Assembly (NCBI GenBank): GCA_049320885.1
Contig: JBMORA010000034.1
Location: 32,001-96,000, forward strand
Direction: 5' to 3'
Source of the DNA: Thermodesulfobacteriota bacterium
GTDB taxonomy: Bacteria; Desulfobacterota; Desulfobacteria; Desulfobacterales; SURF-7
DNA length: 64,000 bases
Made by a program: the position numbers and the translations under genes
Notes under the pieces: generated by a model
Told to the model about the DNA's origin: nothing
Databases searched by the model: none
The model's input: the letters and a program-made list of their open reading frames with translations, nothing else
Part shown: positions 11,820 through 21,143 of the stretch, piece after piece
Layout of the letters: the number at the start of each line of letters is the position of its first letter
How positions within the stretch are numbered: position 1 is the first letter of the stretch

Positions 11820-12784
11820 TAGACATTCAGATTCAAGGCCGCTTTCCGGGCGTCCACCTGGGCGACGATTTCCAGGGCCACCCGCAAGGCATCCCGGCCG
11901 GCCTCGCCGGATACCACCGGTTCGCTGCGGGTTCTCACGGCGTGAAGAAACGACTGAATCTCCTTTTTCAAGGAGTCCCCCTGCCGGATATCGATTTTTT
12001 CATACACGATCTGGGGAGTTCCGCCCGTATCCGGAGTTCCCTGCCGCCGATACACCTCCACCTGCTGAACGGCGAAATCGATGGACAGATACGCATCCCG
12101 CTGGAACACCCTGATCTTGCGCATTTCCTTGGCGGATATGCGGCTGGCGCTGATATTGGCCACGCAACCGGACTCGAATTCGATACGGACATTGGCGATG
12201 TCGTTTTTCTCTTTCGACAGGATCGGCACCCCCACGGCATGGATGGCTTTCGCCGGCGATCGCGTGATGTTCAGAATGATATCGATATCGTGAATCATGA
12301 TATCCAGGATGACATCCACATCCATGCTGCGATCTTTGAATGGCGCCAGCCGATGGGATTCAATGAACAGCGGATTCCCTAAAATGCCTTCGATGGCGTT
12401 CAGAGCGGCATTGAAACGCTCCAGGTGCCCGACCTGAAGCACCCTCTTTTCCTGTTTGGCCATGGCAATCAGTTCATCCGCTTCCGCAAGGGTCGTGGTC
12501 ATGGGTTTTTCAACCAGAACATCCACTCCATGCAACAGAAAATCCCGGGCGATGGCATGGTGGCGGTGGGTCGGCACCACGATGCTGACAGCCGCCACCT
12601 TTCCCAGGAGATCACGATAATCGGAATAGGCCTGGACATGCAACTGTTCGGATATTCTTCCCGCCGCCCCGCTATCCGTATCAACAATTCCAACCAGTTC
12701 CGCCTCCTCAAGCGCGGCGTACTTTTCCGCGTGAAATTTTCCCAGATAGCCGACACCCACAACCCCTACTTTGATCGGTTTCAT
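11819..12784 (-). CDS. Gfo/Idh/MocA oxidoreductase, GnnA-like (UDP-GlcNAc 3-dehydrogenase)
   Basis: GVGYLGKFHA, VEKP, QVGHLERFN, DIMIHDID; stop overlaps the lpxB start. Confidence 0.8.
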   Translation of the reverse strand: MKPIKVGVVGVGYLGKFHAEKYAALEEAELVGIVDTDSGAAGRISEQLHVQAYSDYRDLLGKVAAVSIVVPTHRHHAIARDFLLHGVDVLVEKPMTTTLAEADELIAMAKQEKRVLQVGHLERFNAALNAIEGILGNPLFIESHRLAPFKDRSMDVDVILDIMIHDIDIILNITRSPAKAIHAVGVPILSKEKNDIANVRIEFESGCVANISASRISAKEMRKIRVFQRDAYLSIDFAVQQVEVYRRQGTPDTGGTPQIVYEKIDIRQGDSLKKEIQSFLHAVRTRSEPVVSGEAGRDALRVALEIVAQVDARKAALNLNV

Positions 12785-13107
12785 GTGGCCCCAATGCTCC
12801 CTTCTGTTGCTCTGAACCAATACCGTTCCGGTCCCGCCGAATCGCTTCCGGCCGGTAACCCATAGCAGGTTTTAGCCCAAAAATCGACGGGATTTTCATG
12901 CAAGGACTTTTCGCTTGAAATTTTTCCAGGCTGTGATAGGGATATCGCAATATCAATGTGATTTTTACGATATTTCGCCCGACCCCACCGGACAGAAGCG
13001 TGACGGTCGAATTGGAAGGCTTGTTGTTCGCCCCCCCCTCCTTCCCCATGGCTCCGTCAACGAAGGTGGACTCCATCGCAATTAAAACCGGCTGGTAAGG
13101 AATTCCC

Positions 13108-16100
13108 ATGCAAGGAAACGGGGCCTTCAAGGAATCCGAACGAAGGATTGTCACGGTGATGTTCGTGGACATCGCCGGTTTCACGTCCATGGCCGAAAGC
13201 CTGGATCCGGAATCCATCACGGTGCTCATGAACGACTGTTTTGCCATCATGGAGGAAACCATCGAAAAAAACGGCGGCGCCATTGACAAATTCATGGGGG
13301 ATTGCGTAATGGCGGTTTTCGGGCTCCCCGCAGTCCAGGAACTATCCGCCATCAATGCCGTCAATGCCGTGATCGAAATTCGCAACCGGATAGAGAAATT
13401 CAGTGCCGACAACCACCTGGAGCCCCCTCTTTCCATTCATGCCGGAATCAACACGGGAATTGTCGTTGCCGGAGCCGTGGGGGGAATCAAAAGGCGCGAT
13501 TTCACGGTCATGGGGGATACCGTCAATGTCGCGGCCCGTCTGGAGGATGCCTCCGCATCGGGTCAGATTCTCGTGGGGCCAGCCACTTTCCAATCCGCCG
13601 GACTCCGGTTCCGCTTCAAACAATTGAGTCCCATCCCATTGAAAGGAAAAGGCGAGCCCCTGCCGGTTTATGAATTATTATCCGACAAGACCCGGATCCA
13701 CCGTTCCCTGCCCGGCACAAACCGCGCCATTGTCTCTCCCCTTGTCGGGCGGGAAGGCGAGATGACATTGCTCGCCTCCCTTTTGGCAAACGCCGTTTCC
13801 GGAAAAGGAAGGATCATCCATATCATGGGTGAATCGGGAATCGGGAAATCCCGTCTGGTGGCGGAAATCAGAAAATTGGAACCGATAAACCAATTCGTCT
13901 GCCTGGAAGGCCGCGCGCTTTCCGTGGGAAAAAACCTGAGCTACCACCCATTTATCGATCTGTTTAAGCAATGGGCCGGTATTCCGGAAGATGTCCCGGA
14001 ATCAACGGCGATCCGTCAATTGGAAAGCGCCTTCCGCGCCGCCGGTCTGGGAGACGAAACCGAAGAAGTGCTCCCGTTTGTGGCCACGCTTATGGGCTTG
14101 AATCTTCCGGAAGCTTATCGCCTTCATCTGGAAGGGATTCAGGAGCCGGCCCTTGAACGGCTGATTTGTAAAAGCGTTCGCCAGTTGATCGCGCGGATAT
14201 CCGAAAAGCGTCCGCTTCTCATTCTGATGGAGGACCTGCATTGGGCCGATGAAACGAGCATTGATTTGCTGCTGTCGCTTTTTTCCGTCGTTGAATTTCT
14301 GCCGGTTGTTTTTCTGAACCTCTTCCGTCCGCGTTACCGGCTAACCGGTGAGCGCGTAGCCGCATTTTCCAGGGACCATCTCGCGTCGCATCTGACGGAA
14401 ATCCTCCTTCCACCCCTGACTACCGTCCAGAGCGGCAGGCTGATACGCAATCTTTCGATACGAAAGGAAATTCCCCAGGCCTTGTGCGATCAAATCCTGG
14501 CCCGGGCGGACGGCAATCCGTATTTTGTGGAGGAAGTTCTGCGGTCGCTTCTGGATATCGGGGCATTTTCCATCCAAAACAAACTACCGGTAGCCACTGA
14601 GGCTGGGTCCGATTTTTCCATTCCCCAGACGCTCAACGACGTCATCATGGAAAGAATCGACCGTCTGGATGACCGCGCCCGCCAGTTGATTCGCATCGCC
14701 TCGGTGATCGGAAGAAGTTTTTACCAGCGAATTCTCAATACGGTGGCCGGCAATCCGGAGGATCTGGAGGTATATCTGGCACGGCTGCAACACGCAGAAT
14801 TCATCAAGGAAAGAAAACAACTGAACGAAACGGAATACTATTTCAAACACGCCCTCACCCAGGAAACCGCCTATGAATCGATTCTGCTCAGCACCAAAAA
14901 ACGGCTGCATCGGAAAATCGCCCAGGCCATCGAGACCCTCTATACCGACCGCCTCTATGAATTTTACGGCATGCTCTCGTACCATTACAGTTGCGCTGAA
15001 ACCCCGGAAAAGGCGGAGCAGTATATGCTGTTGGCCGGCAGGGAAGCCATGAAATCCGCGGCCTCCAGCGAAGCCCTGCATTACTACCGGGAAGCCTTGA
15101 GAATATACCTCTACCGGCATGGTTCCATCGCCGATCCCCTGAGGGTGGCTGAACTGGAAAAAAATATCGCCGTCAGCTGCTACAACAAGGGGCGCCATGA
15201 GGAAGCACACGACTATTTCCAGCGTGCCCTGTCCCGATATGAACCGGAACCGATAGTCCCCCGGTTCATCCGAAAATACCGACTCCTGAGCGATCTGGCC
15301 TGGTTGATCCTGAGTCTCTATTGTCCATGGTTTTTCTGGAAAAAATCCCCTTCCCCCAGGGAAGCGGAAATCATCGACCTGACATACCGGAAGGCGGCAG
15401 CGCTTTCCAATCTTGATCCGCGAAGTTTTTTTTCCGAATCCCTCCATTTCTCAAAGCTGCTGTCGCAATACGATGTCACCACCATCAGCCGGGGCGTTGA
15501 CATGCTCATCGGCCTGAGCGTCATCTTTTCATGGCCGGCCTCATCATTCCGGCTCAGCCGCAAGATTCTCGCGTTCGTCGGCCGCCTGGTCCATCCGGAA
15601 GATGACGTCGAAAAGCTCACGTTTGCACTTGCCGCTCTCTTTCCGGACTACTATGAAGGCAGGTGGCAACAGAAGTATGACCACAGCCTGGTGGAGGCCG
15701 TATTGAAGAAAGGGGAGATCCTGCCGGTAGTCGCCTATATCACGTTCCACGGACGGATCCGACTCGAGCAGGGGGACTACGCGGGAGCGAGGCGCCTGGT
15801 CGCCAAATTGTCGGAAATCGACAGGGTCTTCACCCACTCCTTGGCCAGAACCCTGAAATACTACCTGAATATCAAGCTCCTGCTGAAATATCGCAAACTG
15901 CCAGCAGCGCTTCTGGAAGCCGATGAAGGAATCGCCTTTGCATCCGAAACCGATTTCCAACAGATCCGCATGGTGTTATCCGCCTTCAAGACCCGCATCC
16001 TGATCCTGCTGGATGATTTCCCGGGAGCCGAAATCGCCATGCAACAAACCGAGGAATATAAAACGGGTCTACACCTCCCGCCACCCTACGTCAGCAATTA

Positions 16101-16545
16101 TCTCATCACCAGGCTGTTGTTCGACCTCGCGAAATTGAAAACCGCCGTTCTCCAAGATGATTCGGCCTCGGTCCGGACCATCAGCCGCCGGGCATTCCGG
16201 GTAGGCAGGGAAGTTCGCAAAATGGCCAAGAAGCTTGCCTATGAACGAACGGAGGCTTTCCGATTGCTGGGAGACTTTTTCCATTTGACGCAACAGGATC
16301 ACCGGGCCCGCAACTGGTGGCAACGCAGCCTGGAGGAAGGCCGCCGGCTGAATGCCCGTGTGGAATTGTCACGCACCTATCTTGAAGTCGGCATGTATCT
16401 ATCCAGGCCGGAAAACAGCCACCGGCTCCAGGATCATTCCGCTGGGCCGAAGTTCATGGAAGAAGCGCGGCGTCTCTTTCGGGAGTTGAATCTTCAATGG
16501 GACTTGCAACGGATGAAAGGCGACCTCCACCTGCCCCTCTGGTGA
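13108..16545 (+). CDS. Class III adenylate/guanylate cyclase fused to a STAND/AAA ATPase and a TPR-like region
   Basis: FVDIAGFT, DKFMGD, GDTVNVAARLE; Walker A GESGIGKS, Walker B EDLHWAD, GNPYFVEE, YYFKHALTQE. Confidence 0.92.
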   Translation: MQGNGAFKESERRIVTVMFVDIAGFTSMAESLDPESITVLMNDCFAIMEETIEKNGGAIDKFMGDCVMAVFGLPAVQELSAINAVNAVIEIRNRIEKFSADNHLEPPLSIHAGINTGIVVAGAVGGIKRRDFTVMGDTVNVAARLEDASASGQILVGPATFQSAGLRFRFKQLSPIPLKGKGEPLPVYELLSDKTRIHRSLPGTNRAIVSPLVGREGEMTLLASLLANAVSGKGRIIHIMGESGIGKSRLVAEIRKLEPINQFVCLEGRALSVGKNLSYHPFIDLFKQWAGIPEDVPESTAIRQLESAFRAAGLGDETEEVLPFVATLMGLNLPEAYRLHLEGIQEPALERLICKSVRQLIARISEKRPLLILMEDLHWADETSIDLLLSLFSVVEFLPVVFLNLFRPRYRLTGERVAAFSRDHLASHLTEILLPPLTTVQSGRLIRNLSIRKEIPQALCDQILARADGNPYFVEEVLRSLLDIGAFSIQNKLPVATEAGSDFSIPQTLNDVIMERIDRLDDRARQLIRIASVIGRSFYQRILNTVAGNPEDLEVYLARLQHAEFIKERKQLNETEYYFKHALTQETAYESILLSTKKRLHRKIAQAIETLYTDRLYEFYGMLSYHYSCAETPEKAEQYMLLAGREAMKSAASSEALHYYREALRIYLYRHGSIADPLRVAELEKNIAVSCYNKGRHEEAHDYFQRALSRYEPEPIVPRFIRKYRLLSDLAWLILSLYCPWFFWKKSPSPREAEIIDLTYRKAAALSNLDPRSFFSESLHFSKLLSQYDVTTISRGVDMLIGLSVIFSWPASSFRLSRKILAFVGRLVHPEDDVEKLTFALAALFPDYYEGRWQQKYDHSLVEAVLKKGEILPVVAYITFHGRIRLEQGDYAGARRLVAKLSEIDRVFTHSLARTLKYYLNIKLLLKYRKLPAALLEADEGIAFASETDFQQIRMVLSAFKTRILILLDDFPGAEIAMQQTEEYKTGLHLPPPYVSNYLITRLLFDLAKLKTAVLQDDSASVRTISRRAFRVGREVRKMAKKLAYERTEAFRLLGDFFHLTQQDHRARNWWQRSLEEGRRLNARVELSRTYLEVGMYLSRPENSHRLQDHSAGPKFMEEARRLFRELNLQWDLQRMKGDLHLPLW

Positions 16546-16546
16546 T

Positions 16547-16589
16547 AAAACAGAATCGGGGAGTTCCCTGCGGTAACTCCCCGATTCTG
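16547..16589. terminator. Likely bidirectional terminator between convergent genes
   Basis: 15-bp stem CAGAATCGGGGAGTT/AACTCCCCGATTCTG with a flanking A run. Confidence 0.75.
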
Positions 16590-16618
16590 AAAGTCCGTGA
16601 GTGTTTCTGCTGTTCCCT

Positions 16619-18676
16619 TTACTTGAATACAACGGAATTTTTGTGCGATTCCTTCCCGCCGATGGCGATATTGGTATTCTGTCCACCGCTGAAAATGGAC
16701 AGGTCCGTATCATTAACCTTGAGACCGGAGCCGGATATGTTTGTGATATTGCCGTTCACACTGCGGTTTTTAACGATGACGGAACCCGAATTGGCCACAC
16801 TGCCCGAACCGATGGCCACGTTGGTCACCGCTCCGCCGGCCGCCTTGTTCACGATATTGCCTTTCACGTTGGCGTTCTCCAGATTGACCGCACCCAAATT
16901 CGCCTTTGCGCGGCTGCCGACGGCCACGTTGGTGACCACACCGCCAGCCACGGTATTGACCACATTGCCTTTCATGGTGCTGTTCTCCATGTTCACGGAA
17001 CCGGTGTTGGCCTGTGACCGGCTGCCCACCGCAACATTCGTCACCACCCCACCGGCAACGGTATTGACCACGTTCCCCTTCATGGTGCTGTTCTCTAAAT
17101 TTACGGCGCCGGTATTGGCTTTTGACTGGCTGCCGATGGCGGCGTTGGTCACAACCCCGCCGGCTACCGTATTGACCGCGTTGCCCTGCATCGTGCTGTT
17201 CTCCAGGTTAACGGCCGCCATATTGGCTTTGGCGTTGCTGCCGATGGCGGCGTTGGTCATAACCCCGCCGGCCGCCGTATTGACCGCGTTGCCCTGCATC
17301 GTGCTGTTCTCCAGGTTAACGGCCGCCATATTGGCTTTGGCGTTGCTGCCGATGGCCGCATTGGTCATAACCCCGCCGGCCGCCGTATTCACGATGGTTC
17401 CCTTGGCCGAACTGTTTTTCATGTCCAGGGCCGCCATGTTCGCCTCACTGTTGCTGCCGATGGCCGCATTGGTCATAACGCCACCGACCGCGGTATTCAC
17501 CGTCGTCCCCTGGCGGTTGCTGTTTTCCATGTTCACCGCCGCCATATTGGCCTTGGTATTGCTGCCGATGGCGGCATTGGTCACCACGCCGCCTCCGGCG
17601 GTATTGATCATGGCTCCCTTGGCGGTGCTGTTTTCCATGTTCACGGCGGCCATATTCGCCTTGCTTTTATTGCCGATGGCCGCATTGGTTACAACGCCGC
17701 CGACGGCCGTGTTGACCATGGTGCCTTCCGCGGAGCTGTTTTTCATATCGACCGCGCCCAGATTCGCTTCGGTTTTATTCCCGATGGCCGCATTGGTCAC
17801 GGTCTGACCACCGACGGTGTTGACGGCCGCTCCTTTCAACTCGCTGTTGTTCATGCTGACCGATCCCAAATTGGCGTTGCTGCTGTTGCCAATGGCCACG
17901 TTGGTGACCGTCTGGCCGGCGACGGTGTTGACGACCGCTCCTTTTACCGTGCTGTTTTTCAAATCCACGGCGCCAAGATTGGCGGTATTACCCTTTCCCA
18001 CGGCGACGTTGGTGACCGTCTGGCCCGCCACCGTATTGACGGCCGCACCTTTCATTTGACTGCCGGTCATGTTGATGGAACCCAGGTTGGCGGTGTTGTT
18101 CTTTCCCAAAGCCACGTTGGTAAGCGTCTGCCCCGCCACGGTGTTCACCGCCGCCCCGCTGACTTCACTGCCCTGCATGGCTACGGATCCCAGACGGGCC
18201 TGGTTATCGCTGCCCACCGCGACATTAGTGAGATTTTTTCCCACCGCGGTATTGGCCACCACTCCCGTCACCTGGCTGTCTTCCGTCTTCACGGACGCCA
18301 GATCCGCTTCATTGCCGCTGCCGACGGCTACGTTAATATTGTTTTTCCCCAGATTGGTATTGACGATTCCGCCCTGAACCGATCCGCCGACAGCAACGGA
18401 TCCGAGATTGGCCTCGTTCCGATTGCCCACAGCGACATTCACCTTCTGTTTTCCCTGGTCGGCATTGACGATCGCCCCCCTGGTTTTGGCGTCTTTCAGG
18501 CCGATGGAACCTTGAGTTGCTTTGCTTTCCTTGCCGACTGCCACATTAACCGCCTTGTCGGTCCGGGTCGGAATATTGATAACGGCGTCCTTTACATCGG
18601 AGCCAGCCGAAACGGGCGATGGCGGCATGCCCATCAACAACGCCATCATGATCATGGAAAGAAACATTGTCCTCAT
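16619..18676 (-). CDS. Secreted protein made of about 17-18 tandem 36-aa N/A/G/V/S/T-rich repeats (predicted beta-solenoid)
   Basis: N-terminal signal peptide ending ...PVSA; GGAGG RBS; repeat NTxxGxxxTNxAxGxxxxANxxxVxxxNSxxxGxxV. Confidence 0.85.
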   Translation of the reverse strand: MRTMFLSMIMMALLMGMPPSPVSAGSDVKDAVINIPTRTDKAVNVAVGKESKATQGSIGLKDAKTRGAIVNADQGKQKVNVAVGNRNEANLGSVAVGGSVQGGIVNTNLGKNNINVAVGSGNEADLASVKTEDSQVTGVVANTAVGKNLTNVAVGSDNQARLGSVAMQGSEVSGAAVNTVAGQTLTNVALGKNNTANLGSINMTGSQMKGAAVNTVAGQTVTNVAVGKGNTANLGAVDLKNSTVKGAVVNTVAGQTVTNVAIGNSSNANLGSVSMNNSELKGAAVNTVGGQTVTNAAIGNKTEANLGAVDMKNSSAEGTMVNTAVGGVVTNAAIGNKSKANMAAVNMENSTAKGAMINTAGGGVVTNAAIGSNTKANMAAVNMENSNRQGTTVNTAVGGVMTNAAIGSNSEANMAALDMKNSSAKGTIVNTAAGGVMTNAAIGSNAKANMAAVNLENSTMQGNAVNTAAGGVMTNAAIGSNAKANMAAVNLENSTMQGNAVNTVAGGVVTNAAIGSQSKANTGAVNLENSTMKGNVVNTVAGGVVTNVAVGSRSQANTGSVNMENSTMKGNVVNTVAGGVVTNVAVGSRAKANLGAVNLENANVKGNIVNKAAGGAVTNVAIGSGSVANSGSVIVKNRSVNGNITNISGSGLKVNDTDLSIFSGGQNTNIAIGGKESHKNSVVFK
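17167..17389. repeat. Near-identical 108-bp tandem duplication inside the repeat gene
   Basis: Two copies encode an identical NTAAGGVMTNAAIGSNAKANMAAVNLENSTMQGNAV; about 2 nt differences seen. Confidence 0.85.
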
Positions 18677-18888
18677 ATCCGGTCCCTCCTTTTATCTGGA
18701 ATCCACCAACTAATACCATCATATTATCCATTTTTATTTTATTTTCAAGGGCATTTTGGGCGGTCCTTATTGCGGTGCTCTTGTCCGGACCGGAAGTTCG
18801 CCCTTCCCGCACCACCACCTTATTTCAATCCAGCGATCCCGCCAATGAAGCCGCTTACCGGGCGCCTGTGAACCATATCACAGTCAAC

Positions 18889-18927
18889 AAAAAAGCCGCC
18901 TTCCGGGTTGTCCCCCGGAAAGCGGCT
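18889..18927 (-). terminator. Intrinsic terminator after the VWA lipoprotein gene
   Basis: AGCCGCTTTCCGGG/CCCGGAAGGCGGCT stem followed by a T run on the minus strand. Confidence 0.8.
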
Positions 18928-18981
18928 CCACAATCATCTTTCTCTTACTCGCTTTTTATGCGTTTTACGAGCAGCTCGCCA

Positions 18982-20781
18982 TCATCTCCGGCCGTCATAC
19001 CCATCGCAATTCTGATCCCACCCATCCGTTTCGGTGTCCGCCATATTGGGATTGATGAGATCGGCATAGGGCTCCGCATCCAGATCATCCTTGCAATCGC
19101 TGTTGATATTGCAGTCCTTGCCGCCGAAACCATCTCCGTCCTGATCCATGCAGGTGTCGCATTTGTTCCAGTTGTAAGGATCCAGATCGTTGCAGTCGGT
19201 TTTATTATCGTCATCGACAAAATAATATTTATCCGAATCGAAATCGAAGTATTTGACCTTTTCCGTTTCAAGCGAATTCGAACAGCCGCCCTCAAATTTG
19301 GCGGCGTTGTAGCCTTGGGCCGCCGCGCCGAACCGCCCGATAGGATCATGCACGTTCACGGTAAGGGTATGCAGGCCTTCCCGAAAGCTCAGACAGAAGG
19401 CCAAAATGTAGGATTTCAAATGTTCCCGCCTGGCTTCAAAAGCCGCCAGGATGAATTTTTCGGTCAACTCCGATGTTGTCGGGGCCCCGAACCATCCGTT
19501 TTTGCCGATGCCTTGTTGTTCTTCGGATATCAACCGGCCCTCGCGGGACCTGTCCGTTTCCCCAACATTAAGACTCACTGTGATGACATTGTGCTTCGAA
19601 GCCGTCACTTTTCCAAGGGCGTTCGCGTAGGTTTTTCGGCCAGCCGTGTCCCGGCCGTCTGAAAAGACGACCAGTGTGCCTACCTTGGTCATGGCATCCT
19701 CGGCCCGCTTGTCCAGTTTGTCAATTCCATTGATGATAGCCCCGTAAAGGTTGGAAGAGTCATCTTCGTCTACATATTGATCAAGATTGTTGATTTTTGC
19801 GTGTAGCTGCTGTCTGGCGGATTCGATATTCTTCCTGTGAGGACCTGGATCGATAAAAGTAGCGATTTCAGTTATATCTGCATCGCTATTGAAGTAATAA
19901 ACACCAATCGTCTGGCCACTTTGCAGCACATAATCGATAAATTTCTTGGCAGAAGTTTTCAGCTCACTTAACGCGTTAACCCCATTGTCCATAACGCTTC
20001 CAGACAGGTCGAGCAACAAGAGCACGTCCGTTGTTGCCGGCAGAATTTCAAATCCCCGCTCCGGTCCTATCAACTCGCTGCTATCATCAAAAATTTTAAA
20101 ATGATCCGACTTGAGTCCGCTGACGGGAACTTTAGAAGTCTGGGTTTTGGCAATCATATTGAGCGTCAGGTTGGCCGGTTCGTTTGGTTCGTTGGCGTAC
20201 AGGGAAACCGCAATATCTTCATCGGCGACGACTGGATTGCAAACAACGATCCGAATCACCTCTGAAGCACTCATGATCGTGGCACCGTCATCCGAGACAG
20301 TCGCTTTAAAATAATGAGTTCCGGTTTTCGCCGGCGTCCAGGTAAAAGTTCTGGTCTGGGCGTTGAATGCGGCGGTTACATCCGGCCAATCAAGGATGGG
20401 CAGACCGGTATCCGAATGTAAGACTAAGGTGCCGTCGGCAGCGTTGACTTTGTATTTTTTGCCTTCGCTGCTCGGCAGATCCACCGGATAGAAATCATAT
20501 ACCAGGACGTCGTCCGGAGTATCCAGGGCCTCCAAGGTGATGGACAGCGGGACACCCACATAGGCAATGCGATCCCCCACCGGCTTCAACAACGGAGCCT
20601 TGTTCGCGCCCTTGGTAACGGTCAGGTCGAAGATTTTTTCCTCTTTCGGCGGCGACGAGGGCGGCGGATCATCGCTGCTGCACCCGCTGAGCTGTATGAG
20701 CATGCAGCTCATGAAAGCGACGGCAGCAACCACTGCCGGAATGGAGGTCCATATTCGCCTTTGGCGGCCGTTAGGAATCAT
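18982..20781 (-). CDS. Lipoprotein with an Ig-like domain, a VWA domain and C-terminal Cys/Asp-rich putative metal-binding repeats
   Basis: Lipobox LSGC; NKAP..VG..L/FTWTP/VSDDG Ig pattern; MIDAS DLSGS...FSDG; DCNDLDP, DQDGDGFG, DGWDQNCDG. Confidence 0.8.
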   Translation of the reverse strand: MIPNGRQRRIWTSIPAVVAAVAFMSCMLIQLSGCSSDDPPPSSPPKEEKIFDLTVTKGANKAPLLKPVGDRIAYVGVPLSITLEALDTPDDVLVYDFYPVDLPSSEGKKYKVNAADGTLVLHSDTGLPILDWPDVTAAFNAQTRTFTWTPAKTGTHYFKATVSDDGATIMSASEVIRIVVCNPVVADEDIAVSLYANEPNEPANLTLNMIAKTQTSKVPVSGLKSDHFKIFDDSSELIGPERGFEILPATTDVLLLLDLSGSVMDNGVNALSELKTSAKKFIDYVLQSGQTIGVYYFNSDADITEIATFIDPGPHRKNIESARQQLHAKINNLDQYVDEDDSSNLYGAIINGIDKLDKRAEDAMTKVGTLVVFSDGRDTAGRKTYANALGKVTASKHNVITVSLNVGETDRSREGRLISEEQQGIGKNGWFGAPTTSELTEKFILAAFEARREHLKSYILAFCLSFREGLHTLTVNVHDPIGRFGAAAQGYNAAKFEGGCSNSLETEKVKYFDFDSDKYYFVDDDNKTDCNDLDPYNWNKCDTCMDQDGDGFGGKDCNINSDCKDDLDAEPYADLINPNMADTETDGWDQNCDGYDGRR

Positions 20782-21143
20782 CGTCAATATCTCCTCTGTT
20801 TTGGGGAACCATTGTCCGGCCGGACGCCGGTACAATGACTTCCCGTGCGGTTTTCTCTTTTACTTCCTAATCAGGAACCCGATGAAAATCAGTATTCCTG
20901 CATGTGAACCATGTTTACAGCATTCCCGCCCGCTTGTCAAGCAGCAAGTTGCTGCTCAGCGCATCGCCCGGAAATAAATAATGGCATATTATTGAATATG
21001 ATTTTTTTAAATAATTTTATTTTTAATTATATTGACATTTTTATCATGATCATTTTAGGTACAGTTTCCCAGACCGGATTCCGGACAGGGAAAGCGGAAG
21101 CTACCGAATAACAAATTAAGGGATAACGACAGGGAGGTGCTAT

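Noticed and set aside
16497..17807. 436-aa hydrophobic repetitive plus-strand ORF
   Set aside because: Mirror of the minus-strand repeat gene, which has the RBS and signal peptide.
20982..20997. Sigma54 promoter TGGCATATTATTGAA
   Set aside because: No GC at the -12 position with the required 10-nt spacing.
21059..21110. Hairpin upstream of the CoA-transferase as a riboswitch
   Set aside because: No match by eye to c-di-GMP or other riboswitch consensus; a covariance-model search would be needed.
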